NCBI RefSeq assembly: GCF_001194135.2
Contig: NC_068988.1
Span: 9,045,950 to 9,109,949 of the forward strand
Length of the DNA: 64,000 nt
Direction of reading: 5' to 3'
Origin: Octopus bimaculoides
Taxonomy: Eukaryota
Shown here: one piece after another, positions 35,477 through 47,910 of the stretch
Layout of the letters: each line of letters begins with the position of its first letter
How positions within the stretch are numbered: the stretch's first letter is position 1
The notes under the pieces: model-generated
What the model was told of the DNA's origin: nothing
The model's input: the letters and a program-made list of their open reading frames with translations, nothing else
The model's database searches: none
Program-made: the position numbers and the translations under genes

Positions 35477-35700
35477 AAGGCAGCAAGGTGGCAGAATTGT
35501 TAGCACACCAGGCAAAATGCTTAGCGGCATTTCGTCTGTCTTCACATTCTAAGTTCAAATTCTGCCAAGGTGTCTTTGCCTTTCACCCTTTTGGAATCGA
35601 TAAAATAAGTAACAGTTGAACACAGGGACCGATCGATGTAATCGACTAGTCCCCTCCCCACCAAATTTCAGGCCTTGTGTCAATATTAGAAAGGATTTTG
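35477..35700 (+). mobile_element. SINE family B
   Basis: aaggcagcaaggTGGCAGAATTG...AAGTTCAAATTC...ctttgcctttcaccctttt...aaatttcaggccttgtg. Confidence 0.85.
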
Positions 35701-36560
35701 GCCAAGGTGTTAGCCAAGAGGTTGGCACTTATCGTGGACAAACTGGTTGGCAAGGAGCAAACTCGCGCTATCTCAATCAATATTATTCACGATAATCTCC
35801 ATCTTATGCATTGCATCATAGAGAAGGTGGGTAACAAAGATGGCATGGGCAGGGCTCTGATCAATTTAGATCAATCAAGCTTTTGATAGGGTCAACCATC
35901 AATACTTGGTAGCTGTCCTCAGGGCAGCCGGTTTCGGTACAGTTTTCCACAGTTGGATCGTTGCTTTGTACAGCGGCATCTGTTCGGTTGTTTGCGTGAA
36001 TGGTTACCTGTTGGAGCCATTCAGCATCTTGCGTTCGGTCCATCAAGAGTGCCCTCTCTCCTTCCTTCTTTATGAACTACTGACTTTTGAGCCATTACTG
36101 TGGAAGTTGGAGGCTTTGAGGGGTCCCGCATGACCTAGGATGTTGGAGAAGTGTGTCTGCTTATGCTGACGATGTCACCGTCGTAGTGTCAAACCACAGG
36201 CGTATCGACCTGATTGGCAAAACACTACAGGAATATGAAGCAGTGACAGGAGCAAAAATTAACACGGAAATGTCAGTGGGCTTGCAACTTGGCACCTGGA
36301 GAGGCAAGTCCATGCCGTCCAATAGTGTGGTGGGGAACTGAACAGATGGTCCTGAGTAGAATAGCCAATCTCAGCCAGAAACGGGCCGAGGGAAAGCTGT
36401 TCCTGAAAGGTTGAGTGGAGGTGGCGAATGCGTACATTGCATCTGTCATCTGTTACCGCTTGGCCATCGTCCCTTGCTGTTTTCTGGTTGACCAAGCTGG
36501 TGCGCTTATTCTTCCGCTTTCTGTGGAGGGGGCCCATTCCACTGGTCAGGTGCTTCATCG
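35691..36560 (+). pseudogene. Tx1/L1-clade reverse transcriptase fragment (frameshifts and stops)
   Basis: KILAKVLAKRL...LINLDQ(SKA)FDRVNHQYL...SWIVALYS...SVHQECPLS...SAYADDVTV (YADD at 36162-36173)...YEAVTGAKIN, i.e. the central RT motifs, split over four short ORFs. Confidence 0.9.
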
Positions 36561-36580
36561 GCACAGCCACTCCTGCGCCT

Positions 36581-36706
36581 AATCTTAATTGTTATTTAAA
36601 TTGTTTATACTGGAAACCCATTGTATCATCTTGTTTTTGTCTGTTAGGCTGCTGTACGTCTTTCAATGTAATTTTATGTGAGCCCTTGTGGCTAATAAAA
36701 GAATAA

Positions 36707-36750
<44 letters not shown>
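36581..36750 (+). mobile_element. LINE 3' UTR / tail
   Basis: Ends gagcccttgtggctAATAAAagaataaa(TTA)n, the shared tail motif. Confidence 0.7.
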
Positions 36751-36751
<1 letters not shown>

Positions 36752-37014
36752 TGGTAGCAATATTGTCAGTAACATATCGTCCAACCTCTTCCTTTATCAT
36801 TAACAAATAATTAAGACGAGTTAGTAGCATTAATACATTAAGTGGATCCTCCAAATGTTAAGCTTTCAGTAACGAGGTGGAGAAAGAAAAGCAAGTGTTT
36901 AATTACCTCCTCCCACCCCCACCCCCACCACATAATTCGGTTAATACAGATTATGAAGATTAATTTGGAGTCGATTTTAGCTTCCGTCGTCTTTTTTGAT
37001 ATTACTGTAGTCAT

Positions 37015-37435
37015 CTGTGTGTGTGTGTGTGTATGTGTGTGCAAAGGAGAGTGTGTATGTGTGCATGTGTGAGTATATCAGTATGTGTGTGTGTGCATGT
37101 GTGTATGTGTTTGCGCATGTGAGTATGTACATGTATGAGCATGTGTGCATGTGTGTATGCATGTGTGTGAGTGTGTGCCTGTGTGAGAGAGCATGTATGC
37201 ACGCGAATGCATGTGTGAGAACACAAGCATGTATGTGTGTATGTGCATGCGTGTGAGTATGTATATGTGCGAGCATGCATGTGTGCATATGTGTATGCAT
37301 GTGTGAGAAAGTACATATGCATGCATGCATGTGTATATGTGCATATATGTGTGACTGTGTGAGAGAGCACATATGCATGTGAATGCATGTGTGCATGCAG
37401 GAATATGTGTGTACATACACGTGCAGATGCATGTA
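37015..37435. repeat. Cryptic alternating purine-pyrimidine tract (TG/CA/GCAT)
   Basis: About 420 bp of mostly RY alternation. Confidence 0.9.
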
Positions 37436-37689
37436 AGCATTTTTTTAGTTTTGATTTTGGGTTGTTTTTATTATTTTTTTTTTTTTTGCATTTTACAAAG
37501 CATTTATTTATTAGCTGAACTGTTCAAGAATATTTCCTAAGATTCCTCATTTTTCCACATTTTCTGAAGCACCCTCTCCCCACCCCAACATAATTTGCCA
37601 CCCTCATTCTCCCCCCTCTCTCTTTCTCTAATATTTCACAGTTTTAATGAGGTAATCACTTCCAGACTATTTTTTAAAACTATATTAAT

Positions 37690-37746
37690 TATCATCATCA
37701 TCATCATCATCATTATTATCATTATATTGTTATTATTATCATTATA

Positions 37747-37817
<71 letters not shown>

Positions 37818-38283
37818 CAAAATGCCTTCCTCCGTTTCTTTGCAATAATCTTGTAATCTGCACTAAGCTGAAAACTGAAAGTAAAATCATTAAGCTGTTG
37901 TTGTTCTTGTTGCTGGTGTTTTCTTTTTCTTGTTTTTGCCACTACCATCATCATCATCACCACCAACATCACATTCATCTATTAGCAGCTGTAACGTCAT
38001 CATCATCATCACCATCACCATCATCTTCATCATCGCCGCAATCACCGATACCAGCTGCAACCACCATTAATGTCATGTCAGTCAGTATCATGATGACGAT
38101 GATGATGATGATGATCATCATCATCATAATAATCACCATCACTTTCATCATCATCATCATCATCTTCGATATCACTGCATTTGACCATAACTCCCTCCCT
38201 CCCACCACCACCACCAGCAAGAAAAATTATGTTCAAAACAATAACAACAATGATAATAATAATGATGATGGTGATGATGATGG

Positions 38284-38332
<49 letters not shown>

Positions 38333-38345
38333 GATGATGATAAAT
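37690..38345. repeat. Compound (CAT)n/(TTA)n/(GAT)n microsatellites
   Basis: Directly visible. Confidence 0.93.
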
Positions 38346-38692
38346 TGATTTTCAAAGTTTATTGTTTGAGATTAGCTCTTTGATGGTTAATGCTGTAGTT
38401 GTTGAGTATAAAAAAAAATATACATATACACAGTTGCTGTGTGTAGCAATCAGTTATACATACCTGAGAGAAATCAATATCTCCAGGTCGGTGTGTGTAT
38501 ATGTGTGTGTGTGAGCGCGTGTGTGTATACATATGCGTGTGTGGTTTTGAATCTGTTCGATTGTCAGTGTTATGAATGCATGTTAATGTATTCACGAGTA
38601 TGTATATACAAATGCATGCGTTTGTGTATGTACGTTGGTCTGCATGTATATATGCATGTATGTGTGCATTTATGCATGCGTATATGTAGGGA

Positions 38693-38730
<38 letters not shown>

Positions 38731-39129
38731 ACCATCGTCGTCGTCATCATCGTTTAACGTTCACTTTCCATGCTGGCATGGGTTGGACAGGTGATGATAT
38801 TATATATATATATATATATATATGGTGTATGTGTATTTATGAGCAAATTGTCCTACATCCCCTGCATATATTCAAAATAGATGGGATGGTCATGGTTAGA
38901 GCATCTTTGATCATAGGCCTGTTCAACCGGTACTGACCCAGGGTTAAAGAACAACCAACAATAAGCACTACCACATCATAAAGGTTACTATCAATACCAC
39001 CTGCAACTACCACCAACACCACTACCATCAATAGTTACTCCAACCACCAGCACTGCCTTAAATCCATAATAACAAACAGCTTCACTAGTTACTCCAGCCA
39101 TGGCCACCACCACTAATAGCATCACTAGC

Positions 39130-39320
39130 TATTTACAAGTATAGTGCTGGTGCCATGTAAAAGGTTCACAGAACACTCTGTGAAGTGGTGGGCATTAGGA
39201 TGGGAATCAGGTTTTAGAAATCATGCCAGGACAGATAATTGGTGCCTGGTTTGTGTCCCCCACCCCACCCCGTTAGCCTTAACAACCCATGCCAGCATGG
39301 AAACCAGGTGATAAATGATG
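39130..39320 (+). mobile_element. Family C, diverged
   Basis: gtgccatgtaaaagg...gaagtggtgggcattaggatggg...aacccatgccagcatggaaac. Confidence 0.6.
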
Positions 39321-40004
39321 AAAGATCACTACTGCTGTTGCCAATAATTATTACTGCCATCAATGGTGACACAACCACCACCACCACCTTTACTAACATG
39401 ACCAACCCCAACATCACAGGTTGCTACAACAAGCATACCATCACCACCAACAATTACCACCATCACCACCGCCGTCACCACCACCACCACCAACAACAAC
39501 AACATCACCACTAGCTATTTACAACCACCAACATCAGGATCACCACCATTACTAGCATCAACAACAACAACAACAACAACAACAATAACACCAATATCAC
39601 AGGCTGCTACAACAAGCATGCCACCCCCACCACTAGCAACAACAGCAACAACAACATCACCAATAGCTATTTACAACTACCAACATCACCACAACCACGA
39701 CCACCACCACTGTCATAAATCTCATCACGATGTAGAAAACATGCCTACAGCTTCCCGCCAGACTATATTATTCACGTGAGATTCAATATAGCTTATTGAT
39801 AGATATTGATAGACTTGGTATTTTGCAGAGGTGACATGTCCACCAAATCGGTAAAAATACCAGGAACGCTATCTGCCGAAGAATTCATATCTGCTGCCAC
39901 TGCTACTGTGAATATATTACGATCTGTCATCTCCAGTCAATACACTTCTCCCTAATGTACCTCATTTCACCCTCTGATGCTGTTCCTTTGAAATAAAGTG
40001 GAGG

Positions 40005-40140
40005 AGGTGTGTGGTTTAGTGGTTACAGTGTTGCACTCATAATTGTAAGATTGTGGTTTCGATTCCTGGACTGGGCAATGCATTGTGTTCTTGAGCAAAG
40101 CACTTCATTTCATGTTAGTCCAGTCCACTTTTGCCAGTTC
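40005..40140 (+). mobile_element. SINE family D head fragment
   Basis: gtggaggaggtgtgtggtttagtggtt...ggtttcgattcc...cttgagcaaagcacttcatttcatgttagtccagtccac. Confidence 0.75.
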
Positions 40141-40196
40141 ACCACCTTAATAATAATAATAATAATGATAATAATAATAATAATCCTTTCTGCTAT

Positions 40197-40810
40197 AGGC
40201 ACAAGGCCTGAAATTTGTGGGGAGGGGACTAGATGACTACATCGACCCCAGTGTTTCACTGGTGCTTAGTTTACCGACACCGAAAGGATGAAATCAAAGC
40301 CGACCTCAGCAGAATTTGAACTCAGAACATGACCGATAAAATACCGCTTAGCATTTCAGCCAGCATACTTAACGATTCTGCCAGCTTGACACCTTAATTA
40401 ATGATAGCGATAATCCTTTCTACTATAGGCACAAGGCCTGAAATTTAGGGGGAGGGGGTAAGTCGATTACATTGACCCCCAGTGCATAAGTGATACTTAG
40501 TTAACTGACCCCACCGAAAAAATGAAAGGCAAAGTTGACCTTGGCAGAATTTGAACTCAGAACATAGCAACAGATGAAAATACCTATTTCTTTACTGCCC
40601 ACAAGGGGCTACACACAGAGGGGACAAACAAGTGGATTAAGTCGATTTTATCGACCCCAGTGCGTAACTGGTACTTATTTAATCGACCCCGAAAGGATGA
40701 AAGGCAAAGTCGACCTCGGCGGAATTTGAACTCAGAACGCAGTGGCAGACGAAATACCGCTAAGCATTTGGCCCGGCGTGCTAACCATTCTGCCAGCTCG
40801 CCGCCTTAAT

Positions 40811-40846
<36 letters not shown>

Positions 40847-41400
40847 AATAATAATAATAACGATTACGGTTTCAGAATCTAGCACAAAACCAGCAAGTTT
40901 GGGGAAGGGGTGCCACGTTGATTACATTGCACCCCAAGGCTTGACCAAGTGCCTATTTCCTTGGTACAAAAAGGACGAAAGGTAAAGTCGACCTTGGTGG
41001 AATTTGAACTCTGACCATAAAGATGAATAAAATATTGCTAAGCATTTCTGCCAGCACTGTAATGATTCTCCCAGCTTGCCACCTTAAGTCCTACATTAAT
41101 ACTGGTTAAGAATTTTGGCACGAGGACAGGAAGTCGTGGGGAGGGCCCGGGTTGATTACACCAACCTCAGTGCTCCGGCAGTACTTATTTCATCAACCCA
41201 AAGTCTGGGACACGGCCAGAGAGTCCAAGGGAGGGGACTGAATCGATTGTATCAACCCCAGTGCTCAGATGGTACCTGTTTCAACAACCAAACCACAGCG
41301 TCTGAACTGAGAATGTAAATATGGACGAAATGTCGCTAAGCATTTTTCCCAGCATAGTAACGATTCTGCCAGCTCGCAACATCGAGTCCTGCATTAATAT
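40197..41400 (-). mobile_element. Head-to-tail cluster of ~5 family B SINEs with a short LINE tail inserted at ~40583-40635
   Basis: Repeated ggcacaaggcctgaaattt...gaatttgaactc units starting near 40197, 40430, 40635, 40870 and 41115, all in the same orientation; tctttactgcccacaaggggct is the reverse tail motif. Confidence 0.82.
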
Positions 41401-41492
41401 TGGCAACTATCGTCACCGATATTGGCAAGTTGCAGCAATCTTCAGACATGAATTATTATTTTTTTTTTTAATATTAGTTCTTCCCACCAAAA

Positions 41493-41575
<83 letters not shown>

Positions 41576-42179
41576 NNNNNNNNNNNNNNNNNNNNNNNNN
41601 NNNNNNNNNNNNNNNNNNNNNNNNNNNNNNNNNNNNNNNNNNNNNNNNNNNNNNNNNNNNNNNNNNNNNNNNNNNNNNNNNNNNNNNNNNNNNNNNNNNN
41701 NNNNNNNNNNNNNNNNNNNNNNNNNNNNNNNNNNNNNNNNNNNNNNNNNNNNNNNNNNNNNNNNNNNNNNNNNNNNNNNNNNNNNNNNNNNNNNNNNNNN
41801 NNNNNNNNNNNNNNNNNNNNNNNNNNNNNNNNNNNNNNNNNNNNNNNNNNNNNNNNNNNNNNNNNNNNNNNNNNNNNNNNNNNNNNNNNNNNNNNNNNNN
41901 NNNNNNNNNNNNNNNNNNNNNNNNNNNNNNNNNNNNNNNNNNNNNNNNNNNNNNNNNNNNNNNNNNNNNNNNNNNNNNNNNNNAAAAAAAAAAAAAAAAA
42001 AAATAATAATAATAAAAATAGAAATAATAAAAAAAAGTTAGCTTGAAGGAAATCAGATAGGATTCAGCAGATAAAATCCGCACAAAAACAGTGGAAGCGT
42101 GTGTCTGTCTGTTTGTCTTTCATACGCATCTCTCTATCTGGGCCCAGTATCATCCATTAGTAAATATGAAAGGGGGATG

Positions 42180-42742
42180 GCAGAGAAGGAGAGAGAGAGG
42201 GAGAGAGAGAGAGAGAAATAGATGAGAAAGAGAGAGAGAGAGAGAGTGAGGAAGGAGAGAGGATAGTGAGAGAGAGTAGAGAGAGAGGAAAGGGGGGACA
42301 GAGAAAGGTGATAGGAGAGAGAAAGAGAGAATAGAGAGAGAGAGAGAGAGGAAAAGGAGGATAGAGAAAGGTGAGTGAGAGAGTGAGGGAAAAAGGGTAA
42401 GAGAGAGGGAAATAGAAAGGGAGAAAGAAAAACAGAGGGGACGGGACAAGAGAGGAGAGTGAGGAAAGAGAGAACAGAGAAGAGAGGGAGGGAAAGAGAA
42501 AGGAGGAGGGGGAAGGGAAGAGAGAGAGTGAGGAAAGAGAAACAGAGAAGTGAGAGGGAGGGAAAACGGAGGGGATTAAGTCGATTATATTGACCCCTGT
42601 GTGTAACTGGTACTTTTTTAATTAACCCAGAAAGGATGAAAGGCAAAGTCAACCTCGGCGAAATTTGAACTCAGAACGTAACGACAGATGAAATACCACT
42701 AAGCATTTTGCCCGGCGTGCTAACAATTCTGCCAGCTCGCCT
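42180..42742. mobile_element. Polypurine tract followed by a family B SINE (-, ~42575-42742)
   Basis: GA-rich 42180-42570, then gattaagtcgattatattgacc...gaactcagaacg...gccagctcgcc. Confidence 0.8.
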
Positions 42743-42767
42743 GTACCATCATTAGTGAAGGTCCTCG

Positions 42768-43075
42768 GCTTAGTAGTTAGGGTTGTCAGCTTATAATCCT
42801 AAGGCTGTGAGTTCAATTCCCAGGGATGCGCTAGCCACTTTATTTTTTGTTGTTCCAGTCCATTCACCTAGCAAAAAAGAATTGCACCTGTATTTCAAAG
42901 GGCCAGCCTTGTCACATTTGGGTTCCTCATGTTGTATCCTCCCGAGAACTACGTTAAGGGTATGTGCGTGTCTATGGATGATTCAGCCACTTGTAAATTA
43001 ATTTCAAGAGCAGGCTTTTCCACCGATCGGATCAACTGGAACTCTTGTCGTCGTAACCGACGGAATGCCAGGTTT
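42768..43075 (+). mobile_element. SINE family D
   Basis: ggcttagtagttaggg...gagttcaattccc...ctgtatttcaaagggccagccttgtcac...gatcggatcaactggaactcttgtcgtcgtaaccgacgg. Confidence 0.82.
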
Positions 43076-43799
43076 TATTATTGTGACAAGTTCATTGTAT
43101 GATTTTAATTGTGTGTCTGTCTTCTTTTTTCTTACTACTCATTATAAAACTCCCCACTGCTTTAGGTAACCTCCATTTAATGTCATCACATCTGCTGCCC
43201 TTGTGGAAAAATAAATCATTTTTAGGGTATCTGCTAACATCATTGCAGCCAATTATATCATGGAAAAATATATCGCCTGGTGATTTCATTGAAAGGTAAT
43301 TTACATCAAGAATCTATACAAAGTTGGTAAATGCAATGCCATACTTTTTCCTCTACAGAGTAATTCCATTGCTAAACATTATTTAAAGAATTTATTCACA
43401 GAATAAATACGTTGCCATTAGCTTAATAATGGTAAAGATATTCCAACGATGAAACTACTGGTAATGCATTTAACCAAAATGAATTTGCAGAGAACCTGTT
43501 ATTAGAATTGGTAGAGAATCAGACTTAAATGCCTCAAAGCAAGAATTTACAGCAAAACCATTATTAGAATAGGTTGAGCATCGAATTTAAGTATCTTGTG
43601 ATATATAATTTTACCTCTTTATTTATAATTGAGCTGAAGTTGACAGCTGTCTTTCTATACAACTTGGTTTTGACAAAATACCAGTTATATACTTAGACAT
43701 TTAAATGACTCCATCCCTCACCATAAACATTTGACCACATACTAAATACTAAAAACCATTATTACTATTATTATTATAACTATTATTTTTATTATTATT

Positions 43800-43930
43800 A
43801 TGTGAGAGAGCAGTGCATGCCATCAAAGTGACACTGGGGTACAAATATACAAAGCCCAATGTACCCATCATGACTACCCGTCTGATAAGGGTACACCAGG
43901 CACATGCATCACAACCATATGTGCGTGACA
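43800..43930 (-). mobile_element. Short retroelement 3' end of another family
   Basis: Non-simple 130-bp block whose minus strand ends gcatgcactgctctctcac followed by (AAT)n; recalled as an octopus repeat, single copy here. Confidence 0.45.
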
Positions 43931-43979
<49 letters not shown>

Positions 43980-44445
43980 TAGGAGGTGCTAGAATCATTC
44001 GCATACCAGGCAAAACGTTGAGTGGCATTTTGTTTTGCCCTTGGTATTGAGTTCAAATTCAGCCAGGGTTGACTTTGCCGTTCATCGTTTCAGGGTTGAC
44101 AAAATAAGTACCAGTTGAATACTGGGGTAAATGTAATTGACTATCACCCTTCCCTTAAATTCCAGGCCTTGTGCCTATAGCACAAAAGATCAACGTCATC
44201 GTCATCATCATCATCATTAATTAAGGCAGTAAGCTGGCAGAATCATTAACAAACCAGGTGAAATGCTTAGCAGTGTTTCATCTACCATTATGTTCTGAGT
44301 GCAAATTCTGCTGGGGCCGACTTTACCTTCCATTCTTTCAGGGTCGATAAATTAAGTACCAGTGAAACACTGGGTTTGATGTAATCGACTAGCCCCCACC
44401 ACAGTCAAATTTCAGGTCGTGTGCCTATAGCAGAAAGGATTATTA
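43980..44445 (+). mobile_element. Two tandem family B SINEs in plus orientation
   Basis: gagttcaaattc...gactttgcc...ccaggccttgtgcctatagc (43980-44190) and aaggcagtaagctggcagaatc...gtcgtgtgcctatagcagaaagg (44224-44445). Confidence 0.82.
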
Positions 44446-44449
44446 TTAA

Positions 44450-44488
<39 letters not shown>

Positions 44489-44547
44489 GGGTTTTCTTGT
44501 ATTTCTATGCTTGCTGCACAACAAGAGCAACAGATACCACTACAACC

Positions 44548-44587
<40 letters not shown>

Positions 44588-44891
44588 TATTGCTGCTGCT
44601 GCTGTTGTTGTTGTTGTAGTTAATGTCAAATTCTATTATTACCCTAATTATCATCGTTATATATTCAGCGATAAAGGATGACTTATGAAGAAGATAACAA
44701 TGAATGAAAAAAACACTTACGACGAACGATGAAGTGCAAATAAGAACAACAACAACAACAATAATAATAATAGTAGTCAAAAGGAAAGATAGGGGAAGGA
44801 GGAGGAGGAGGAGATTTCAAATGACCATAAAAGAATGATCCGAATATTTTCGCTCTTCTTTTCCCTTTCCTGTTTGGTTCTTCTATTTACT

Positions 44892-44936
<45 letters not shown>

Positions 44937-46419
44937 GTTATTATTATTATTACTATTGGGACCACTTTTTTTTTTCTTTTTCTATTGTTGTCATGACAAC
45001 AGTTAAAAGACTCTGCATGGAATTACGTTCACTTGACTTCTTTATTTTTATTTTTTTTTATTTTTCAAAGCCCAGTAAAAATGATAAGCATATGGAAATA
45101 ATTCCTTTATGAAAGATGATAGCTTAGATATAGTCGTCCATNNNNNNNNNNNNNNNNNNNNNNNNNNNNNNNNNNNNNNNNNNNNNNNNNNNNNNNNNNN
45201 NNNNNNNNNNNNNNNNNNNNNNNNNNNNNNNNNNNNNNNNNNNNNNNNNNNNNNNNNNNNNNNNNNNNNNNNNNNNNNNNNNNNNNNNNNNNNNNNNNNN
45301 NNNNNNNNNNNNNNNNNNNNNNNNNNNNNNNNNNNNNNNNNNNNNNNNNNNNNNNNNNNNNNNNNNNNNNNNNNNNNNNNNNNNNNNNNNNNNNNNNNNN
45401 NNNNNNNNNNNNNNNNNNNNNNNNNNNNNNNNNNNNNNNNNNNNNNNNNNNNNNNNNNNNNNNNNNNNNNNNNNNNNNNNNNNNNNNNNNNNNNNNNNNN
45501 NNNNNNNNNNNNNNNNNNNNNNNNNNNNNNNNNNNNNNNNNNNNNNNNNNNNNNNNNNNNNNNNNNNNNNNNNNNNNNNNNNNNNNNNNNNNNNNNNNNN
45601 NNNNNNNNNNNNNNNNNNNNNNNNNNNNNNNNNNNNNNNNNNNNNNNNNNNNNNNNNNNNNNNNNNNNNNNNNNNNNNNNNNNNNNNNNNNNNNNNNNNN
45701 NNNNNNNNNNNNNNNNNNNNNNNNNNNNNNNNNNNNNNNNNNNNNNNNNNNNNNNNNNNNNNNNNNNNNNNNNNNNNNNNNNNNNNNNNNNNNNNNNNNN
45801 NNNNNNNNNNNNNNNNNNNNNNNNNNNNNNNNNNNNNNNNNNNNNNNNNNNNNNNNNNNNNNNNNNNNNNNNNNNNNNNNNNNNNNNNNNNNNNNNNNNN
45901 NNNNNNNNNNNNNNNNNNNNNNNNNNNNNNNNNNNNNNNNNNNNNNNNNNNNNNNNNNNNNNNNNNNNNNNNNNNNNNNNNNNTATATATATATATATAT
46001 ATATGTATTAGAGAGAGAGAAAGAGAGGGATGTGTTTTTAACCTACAAAGATCTAAACCATTTTTATATGCTTCAAAAGACAACAAACATGCTATTTCAC
46101 TTATACACGCATCATACATGTATATAAGTATGTATGTATACACACAGACGCACACACACACATGCACTTGTATACTCCCAAGCATATGTATCCTGCCTTC
46201 CCAGAATGCAGTGTACTAGTTCATGTTTTAATTGGTGTTTCAAGATGTGTTTATTAATGTTCTTAGAGAATATTCTTGGATGATAATCCTTTTAATGTTT
46301 TGCTGGCCCTACGTGAAAGGGACCCAAGCTAGTCCCACATGAAAATCCCCCATGTTGGTGTCACACAAAAGGCTATTGAGCTGGTGCCACATAGAAAGCA
46401 CCTGTTCTAGCATTAAGTA

Positions 46420-46530
46420 TAAAACACAACCACAGTCACCACTACCACCACCATTGCCATCATCACCACAGCCACTGCCACAACCAACACCACCACCACC
46501 ACCACCACCACCACCACCACCACCACCACC

Positions 46531-46585
<55 letters not shown>

Positions 46586-46620
46586 ATGCTGCTGGCTTCA
46601 CTACCACCACCCACAAACAA
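46420..46620. repeat. (CCA)n-(CTA)n microsatellite
   Basis: Directly visible. Confidence 0.95.
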
Positions 46621-47068
46621 ACCAAATGAAACCAAGATTCTGTCACAGCTAATACGTTTCTGAATTAACAAAAATATTCCTTGAACCGGTCCAATAGATG
46701 CAATGACGATGACGACAATGTGTTGCAACAGTTACTAACCTGCACCAGGATTATATTTCAGAAAGAGAAAGAGATACCAGGTCACTTTTATTATAAACGT
46801 TTATAAACTCCATTGTTTATCACCTACCTCATTTGCTGTCTCCCCAGAAACAGTGAGAGATTGCCAAACGCAACAGGTCACAGAATTTCAGGCTTTTTTT
46901 AGCGCTACCAATGCTAATTTCACACTGAACCATCCTTCAGAAATGGCAGTGCAGTTAAGCAAGTGTGAAGGTTACAAAACATATGCCACAACCATGGACT
47001 TTTGTTTTGTATTTGTGTTTCAAAGATTGCTTTTTATCATTGCAAATGTATATCTATCCATCTATGTA

Positions 47069-47111
<43 letters not shown>

Positions 47112-47139
47112 ATATATATATATGTATGTATATATATAT

Positions 47140-47910
47140 CATTATTGCTTTAATGTCACCTTTTCCATGCATTGCACAGAGATTGAGGGAGATTTTTCTA
47201 TGGCCATATGTCCTCCTTGTAACCAAACCTCACCAATTTCCATGCAATGTCATATTTCCCCCTGGCCAGACATGTTTTTGTGGGGAAAGGAAATAGTCGA
47301 CCCCAATGCGTAACTGGTAATTATTTTATCAACCCTGAATAGATAAAAAGTAAAGTTAATCTTGGCAGAAATTGAACTCAAAATGCAAAGACAGATGAAA
47401 AGCTGCTAAGCACGTCACTCCAGTGTCTTAACAATTCTGCCAACTACCCACTTATACATGCCTATACATTCTTTTCTACTTTAGGCACAAGGCCCAAAAT
47501 TTTGGGGGAGGGGCCAGTCAGTTAGATTGATCTCAGTACACAACTGGTACTTAAATTTATCGACCCTGAAAGGATGAAAGGCAAAGTCGACCTCGGCAGA
47601 ATTTGAACTCAGCAGCAGACGATATACTGCTAAGCATTTCACCCACCATGCTAACGTTTCTGCCAATTCGCCACCTTAGGAAAGAGAAAATATTCTTTTC
47701 TACTCTAGGCACAAGGCCCGAAATTTGGGGGGAGGGGGCCAGTCAATTAGATCGACCCAGTACGCAACTGGTACTTAATTTATTGACCCCAGAAATGTGA
47801 AAAGCAAAGTTGACCTCGGCAGAATTTGAACTAAGAACGTGAAGATGGACGAAATACCACTAAGCATTTCGCCCAGCATGCTAACGATTCTGCCAGCTCG
47901 CTGCCTCAGA
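47140..47910 (-). mobile_element. A-variant/C-like tail fragment followed by three tandem family B SINEs
   Basis: cttttccatgcattgc...atatttccccctggccagacatg, then B units starting near 47290, 47483 and 47706. Confidence 0.8.

Noticed and set aside
43099-43305. 66-aa plus ORF with a signal-peptide-like start ending at AG|GTAATT
   Set aside because: The hydrophobic start comes from a T-rich tract; no recognisable domain or other support.
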